The notes under the pieces: generated by a model
Database searches by the model: none
What the model was told of the DNA's origin: nothing
Seen by the model: only the letters and a program-made list of their open reading frames with translations
In this document: positions 56,513-64,000 of the stretch, piece by piece
How the letters are laid out: every line of letters begins with the position of its first letter
Numbering within the stretch: position 1 is the stretch's first letter
Position numbers and translations under genes: made by a program
Source of the DNA: Eledone cirrhosa
Taxonomy: Eukaryota
Length of the DNA: 64,000 nt
Direction of reading: 5' to 3'
Assembly: GCA_964016885.1 (NCBI GenBank)
Contig: OZ024746.1
Coordinates: 4,216,001-4,280,000, forward strand

Positions 56513-58889
56513 GCTCTCTCTGTCTCTCTGTCTCTCTCTCTGCCCCCCCCCCCTCTATCATCTCCCCTTTTTCTTTACCGCGTCAAAACCATAAAAATAT
56601 TTTGTTTTATTTGTTACGTTCCTTTTATTTTCTTTTGTTCTGTTCTTTTCTCACTTTCGTTTGCACTCATTCTTCTGGCCTCAATCAAGGATTTAAGATG
56701 TATTCAATTCGTCCTTGTTCACAACTCAGTTTCAAACTTGACTAGGCCACGTTCCTTTATTAAACAGCCTCACACATTTTCCTATCATAATCACAAACAA
56801 CCCACCAGTCAGCCAAATAATAATAATAACAATACTAAGCTGAAAACAAAATAAACTGTTCCTTTGTTTTCTTTCTTTCATTCCTTTTATTTTTATTTTT
56901 ACTTTTTTTTTCCTTCTTTACGAAAACCAGAAATTACTTTAAATCTTTAGATGTTATTCTCACAACTCTTCCGCCTGATTGAAAATGTGGGACAGAATTC
57001 GAACAAAGCAAACGATTGCCTCATAAAAACTAGCCGCCAGCTTGTAAGCTCAGCTATATAACTTTTCACAGATCATTGCCGCATATTCTTTCATCTTATC
57101 CTTTGCCAATACACTCTTTGGTGTTTATTCAAATGAGCTTATCTACTGTGTTTCTGGTACTACTAGTAATGTACCACACCACAGGTGATACGTCTCCGAT
57201 CTAAAACCATTGATATTTATGATATTACTTTCAACCAAACAAAGGGATATCTTAAACACCAACATACCCATACCAACCAACACAGCAATCACCATCACAA
57301 CTATCTCCAACAATAGCACTATGTGTAATACAACTGCGGTCGACCCCTTCCACTATCATCAGCAAACTTATCCGCCTCCTCATCCTCCTCTCTCCCGTCG
57401 TCATCATAACCACCACTACAGTCAATAACAATATGGAAACCTCCAGAAAGACGTCTATTTCTTAGTTACACCATTACAGTATAGAGGGTAATACAAGGAC
57501 GACCCAAAGCGGGGTTTACGTCGAATATAGTAAAGGGGATATCAAAAATGAAAAAAAGAAACAGTAGGTATAGCAATCTATACTATAAAAGCAGTGTCAG
57601 TCCGTCCGTCATGCTGTCTATATAGAAGGAGGGAAATACTATTCCACCTCTCACTCACTCCACCTCACCGTCTCTCTAACTAAAAAGAAATGTCTGAACG
57701 AACGACAAAAACTCTGTATTTTCGTTCGTTTAGACGAAAATACAGAGTTTTTTTGTGTGTAATTCTGTGAGTCCTTCGACATGTAGACAACTGGTTGTTG
57801 TTGTTGATATTGAGAGAAAAATACAGTGAGAGAACGAGTGTGTGTGAAAGATAGATAGAATTAAAATTTGTTTCAAGAAAAAAACAACAGGCCGTTTTGT
57901 TGTTGAGGGAGAAATTCAGTGAGAAAGAGAGAATGTGTGTGTGTGGAATATAAATAGATAGGTAGAGAATGTTGTAACCTGAAAACACGGGAATTTTAAG
58001 TACGAGTCTGAAAATAAGTGTAGTGTGTGTGTGTATGTATCCATAGAACGTCTGTCATTTTTACGGGTATTATGCTAATATATCTAATTACCTATCTATG
58101 TCTATACACACACGCGCGCTCATATATATATATATATATTTATATATATGTATGTATGTGTGTGTATGTGTGTGAGAGAGGGGGAGAGAGGGGGAGAGAG
58201 GGAGAGAGGGAGAGAGAGAGGGAGAGAGCAAAGCTGAATCTTCTAAATTACATATTCATTTAATCATTACATATGCTGAACTCGTGATATTTTCATGTTT
58301 TCATGTGAATATTTTTAGGATGTTAGTTGTTTCTTTTTGTTTTTAAGTTACTTTAACTGCCTTGCCCGCGGGGATAACTGATCGCAGACAAAAGTATTTC
58401 CATTCCATATCTCAAACATTTAAAACGTTTTGTACCTGGTCACAAGTTTTGGATTGAAACCTTTAGCCAAGTCAACTCACTATACTCTGTATAGCTGCAG
58501 TGTTATTGTTATATAACATATTAATCAAATTGAAAACGGCAGAGTGTTGGAATGAGTGCATCACAGTTTTTAATCTGGTATTGCTACATTTTATATTCTG
58601 ACTATGTTGAGTCAGTCTTTCATATCACAGTTCTGGAAAGGAAGGATTGAAAATAGCATAGCAATAGGTGTGTGTGAGTCTGTGTGTGCGTGTATGTATG
58701 TATGTGTATGTGTGTGCGTGTGCGTATGTGTGTGTGTGTGTGTGCCTGTGTATAAATTATATTGGCGAAGAAGCAGAAGTGTCGTGTAGTGTCATCTCCA
58801 CAGAAATACGATTCGTTTAAAATAACTGTGTCAGTAAATTAGGTCTAATAGACGTGGGAGAGTAGATTAGTAAGGTGGGAAAAGATTGC

Positions 58890-59070
58890 TTGTTGTTGTT
58901 TATCCCTAGTTCAGTAGACCTAATCAAGTATATCTGTGTTGAAAGGTGGTTTAGCCACAATCATCTATTTTGTCATGGACAACATTACCCATTGTGCGCT
59001 TCCTTCTTTAAGAGATTACGATGTAATTCGAGGTTGATTTGGCTGTTATTTCTTGTATGTTATGTAATTA
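58890..59070. mobile_element. Old abundant dispersed repeat (SINE-like)
   Basis: gttgttta...ct(a/g)atc(a/g)ag...atttggctgttatttct-type segments recur in decayed form at ~6340-6490, 15800-15975, 20180-20230, 55080-55290. Confidence 0.45.
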
Positions 59071-59676
59071 CATAAAAGCTCTTTCACTCAATCTGAAATT
59101 ACGTTATGTCAAGGTCACAGTTATGAAATATCATTGAAGTAAAGTTTAATATAATTATAATAGAAGAGGGAGAGTAGACAGGGTTCGGTGCCGGGAAAGT
59201 ATTGTTTGAATGTGTTCTATAGTGTGGAACTAAAGTATTTTATCGACCCAAGGGCTCTGTTTAATATTGAAGTAGTTTTGATTGAAAAGGTAATCGATCT
59301 TTATGCTAGAAACTTTAACTCTGTGGTAAAGCTCTGGTGGTAAAGAGAAGTCATAAATGATAGCCATTCATTTGTGGGCAGTTATTAAATGTCTAGTAGG
59401 ACTTTTGTGTTGTAGGTACATTTATTTTGTTATATTGTAAAGTAAAATCTGTTTCTATTGTGAACGAATGGGGTCTTTGCTTAGTGAAAGACTTATAGTT
59501 TGCTTGTTAATGTTGTTTGGCTGCACAAAACAAAGACAGCTGCGCTGCGGTGTCTGCATAAAAGTACATTCGGTTATAACGAGTAGAGCATGAAGAGAGA
59601 AAAGATAAATTGTTTTGTTACATGATGGGAAACGTCTGTCTAATTTTAGGAAAATTAATGAGAATATGAGATTAAT

Positions 59677-59767
<91 letters not shown>

Positions 59768-59768
59768 C

Positions 59769-59836
<68 letters not shown>

Positions 59837-59837
59837 G

Positions 59838-59901
<64 letters not shown>

Positions 59902-59915
59902 CATATATATATATA

Positions 59916-59951
<36 letters not shown>

Positions 59952-60249
59952 TATGTGTGTGTGTGTCTGTGTGTGTGTGAAGGCGTATGGCTGAGTGGTT
60001 ATAGAATTGGCCCTTCTACCTGGAGTTGTGACCGATAGATAGTACTAGCAACTGGAAAGACCAATGGAAACATTGTTTCCACGGTCCGATTTGACGAAAG
60101 TCGATATATATATATATATGCCTTACCACAATTATACATACATTCAATAAAAGATATCTTTCTAAGGATTAACTCAAATAATTCAAACCATATAAACTTC
60201 TATGTCCTCCTCACTATGTAATGACCAATGTGATAATGTTAGACAGAAG

Positions 60250-61060
60250 TCAGGAATTATTCTGTCTTTATAGCACGATATTTAGTATTGGAACTGTACA
60301 CACAGTGGTTAAACTATCATCACGTGTTAGTATCTAAATTTAGAAAGGCACAATTTATAATAAAGTTTGCAGAATTATACATCGAATTTCATGCATAAAA
60401 TTAGCATTTTTATAATGAATCGGTGATCATTTATTCTATATATTTAATCATTAATATTTATAATATTAGACATGGTAGACAGTAATTGCTTTGTCTATCA
60501 TGGGAGGGGGGCACCTCTGACCTGATATGCAGAATATGTACTGAGTAAACATAACAGATATAACAATTTCGTTTACCATTAGAACTTATCCTGTCAATAG
60601 TGATGTAATCTTACAAGTAGTTTTATAAATAGGTTTTGGTAACTTCTTTCCAGGGCAGAATAACGAGTAACTTTAACATAGTAACAGAAGGTTTCACTGA
60701 CAACGTTGCTACTTTAAAACGGAGTAAATATATTTTTGCTTGTTTAATCAAAGAATAAAAGCAATGCCCATGCCACTTTTTGAAACTTTCATATTTGTTG
60801 AGAATAAATGAAGTTATCCTCAGATGGAAAACATTACAAGATTGGAGTCGTTTAAGGATCCCTGGCGTGAAGTAGTAGTGTTAAACCTGGCCACAGATTA
60901 AGACTATTTAAAATATTATATACAAATTAAGCACAATATACATGTATATGTTTCTGTGGAAACAAATTGTAACAAACCACATGGTTGCCCTTCCCAACAC
61001 TCGGATATGCATAGAGGGTTATGGAATAACACTAGAGGGTTATTTGATCACCGTATATAT
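60250..61060 (-). pseudogene. Possible second, very decayed PLE RT fragment
   Basis: Scattered minus-strand peptides NNPL, DSNLVMF, GAPPPMI and frameshifted VPF-LNL...VY occur in PLE RT order; the signal is weak. Confidence 0.25.
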
Positions 61061-61083
61061 ATCACTGTAGTCCAAAATATCTA

Positions 61084-61645
61084 AGTCTAAAGTCTGTCTC
61101 AAACTAGAAAGCTCGTCAGACCGGTGCTGCTTAGCCCAGTTTCGTGGCATGAAGCGACTGAAAGTACAAGACTTCCTCCTAGACAGGACACCAGTCCATC
61201 GCAGGGTTAAACCTCCAGTTACTGCTGGTGCTCATCCCAGTTTCATAGCGTGAAGTGACTGAAAGTACAAGACTTCCCTCCGGACAGGACGCCAGTCCAT
61301 CGTAGGGTTAAACCCCCAGTTACTGCTGGTGCTCATCCAGGTTTCATGGCGTGAAGTGACTGAAAGTACAAGACTTCCCTCCGGACAGGACGCCAGTCCA
61401 TCGTAGGGTTAAACCCCCAGTTACTGCTGGTACTTATCCAGGTTTCATGGCGTGAAGTGACTGAAAGTGCAAGATTCCCTTCTGGACATCGCAGAGTTAA
61501 ACGTCCAGTTATTGTTGGTACTCATTTTTAGCTGAGTATACTGGAGCAACATGGAGTGTTTTGCCCAAGAACACAACTCAGTCCAGGAATCCAACCCATG
61601 ACGTTATCATCGAAAGTCCAACAACCTTAACGCAAAAGCCACGAA
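61084..61645 (-). mobile_element. CORE-like tRNA SINE with an internal 101-bp unit amplified about four times
   Basis: tgaag(c/t)gactgaaagt(a/g)caaga at 61150, 61251, 61352, 61453; 61520-61645 is a decayed reverse complement of the 2152-2295 head. Confidence 0.8.
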
Positions 61646-62191
61646 TCTCTACAGTCCCAAATATACTATTATTAGATAGACTCTTTGGTGACGGCTCAAA
61701 CGTCGAAGACTGTGATCAAGGCTGTCCTGAAGCTCATCAACAACACAAGTATTTCTAATTTGGTACAGACGATAATTGATTGGTATATGGTTGATATCAC
61801 ACAGCGTCTATTCCAGTTTGATGATCGATGAGTAAAGATGATGGTATGTATGTTATGGGTGTATTTCTTTGTTCCTTCCTACTACAACTGGTTGCTATAT
61901 TTAATAACCCGAAGTGCTAAACGCAAGGGAGCATCACATTGTGCAGGGATTTGAAATTGAAACCATGAAGGACGAAAAGAAAAGTAATGTATTGAGTATA
62001 GTTCGATGGCTAAAGTGATAGCCATTTCTATCGCAATCTATGGCCGTCCAGACATTAAGATAGATTAATATATAGACACATGTAATACAACATACATGCT
62101 CGTCTACACACAGGCATGAACATGTCTGTGTGTGTTTGTTTGTATATGTGAATGTGTGTGTGGATGTGTGCCGGTGTAATTCACATATTTC

Positions 62192-62296
<105 letters not shown>

Positions 62297-62398
62297 TGTG
62301 TGTGCGTGTGTGTAAATATATATATAGACAGATAGCTAGTTAGATTGATGGATAGATAGATAGATAGATAGGTAGACAGAAAAATAGATAGAAAGAAG

Positions 62399-62434
<36 letters not shown>

Positions 62435-62728
62435 TGTACATGCAGGCATACGTAATTAGATAACAGGAAAAATCTAATCAAAGCTTAAATATAATTAATT
62501 TATTACAAAACATCAAAACGGTAAAATTCAATGTACCCCCCCCCCCTCCAATTCTCTATCCACCCGTTTCTTCTTTTATACTTCTTTTGACTTAGCTTTT
62601 TTTCCCATCACCCCTTCCTATCCATTCTTTCCCTCATCGATAAATGTTCGATCTGGTGATCTATTGATCTGCTCATTCTAACATACATAAAGGCATATGT
62701 TCCTAATTTCTCGCATCAAATGCGTTTG

Positions 62729-62892
<164 letters not shown>

Positions 62893-62973
62893 ATATATAT
62901 ATATAGTAATTTATACACGTGTGTGTGTATATATGTATATATATACATTTACATGTATATATATATGTATAAA

Positions 62974-63107
<134 letters not shown>

Positions 63108-63199
63108 AATGAAAGTGCAGCATATTCGAAGTTCGAGCAGCAGCTAAGCCAACGAATGCCTTCAGCAGTGCAGCCAAGCACTCGACACACACACACACT

Positions 63200-63256
<57 letters not shown>

Positions 63257-63616
63257 GCACATAGATATGTGTGTGTGTGTATATACTTACATGCATACAT
63301 ATAAACACATTCACATAATTATGCATATATACACTTATATACTGATATATACACATATATACACATATATACACATATATACACATATATACACATATAT
63401 ACACATATATACACACATGATAAGCGTTGTATATGAGAATTGTTTTCGCAAAGATGATTTTAGTCTTTACAGATCCGTTGAAACTAAGAGAGAAAGTCTA
63501 GTAGATATTTTATAATGGTAGTTGTGACGTGTCACTCGGTCACAAAGCCCGGTAAGGAGACCCACAATGTAGAGGACAGGAAGACAAATACCGGGGCTTG
63601 TCCGGCTGCTTGTCCG

Positions 63617-64000
63617 ACTGGTCACCGTTAAGACCCCAGACGTCCTCTGACCCCGTACTACTGGTCACCGTCAAGACCTCAGACGTCCTCGGACCCCGTA
63701 TTACTGGTCACCGTCAAGACCTCAGACGTCCTCTGACCCCGTATTACTGGTCACCGTCAAGACCTCAGACGTCCTCGGACCCCGTACTACTGGTCACCGT
63801 CAAGACCTCAGACGTCCTCTGACCCCGTATTACTGGTCACCGTCAAGACCTCAGACGTCCTCGGACCCCGTATTACTGGTCACCGTCAAGACCTCAGACG
63901 TCCTCTGACCCCGTATTACTGGTCACCGTCAAGACCTCAGACGTCCTCTGACCCCGTATTACTGGTCACCGTCAAGACCTCAGACGTCCTCTGACCCCGT
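63617..64000. repeat. GC-rich 43-bp minisatellite, about 9 copies, running off the window
   Basis: Unit actggtcaccgtcaagacctcagacgtcctc(t/g)gaccccgta(t/c)t; starts at 63617, 63660 and onward. Confidence 0.97.

Noticed and set aside
61085-61130. CTGACGA on the minus strand in the SINE tail
   Set aside because: No GAAA, stem III or matching stem I could be built.

Overview
Very AT-rich, microsatellite-saturated eukaryotic DNA ((TA)n, (CA)n, (GA)n, (CATA)n, (GGT)n). The repeat content suggests intergenic or intronic DNA of an octopus-like cephalopod (inference). There is no recognisable intact host gene, and almost every ORF in the track is a microsatellite artefact. Recognisable mobile-element content: tRNA-derived SINEs, an RTE LINE 3' end that shares its tail with one SINE, an RLE-type non-LTR fragment inside (CATA)n, a decayed Penelope-like (PLE) reverse transcriptase, a hAT-type MITE and three minisatellites (23, 38, 43 bp). 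The main signal is a set of short (about 100-250 bp) non-coding elements, from several families unrelated in primary sequence, lying in or beside (TA)n tracts. They carry type I hammerhead ribozyme (HHR) folds: about 9 with intact or nearly intact cores plus more than 10 variant or decayed copies, on both strands. Many have a palindromic stem/loop III. Some have non-standard cores (U3-A8 covariant, CAGAAGA, pyrimidine-pyrimidine 10.1/11.1), several sit in fold-back palindromes that place a ribozyme on each strand, and three families share a bulged hairpin downstream of the cleavage site. All folds and translations were read by eye; activity and family assignment are untested.
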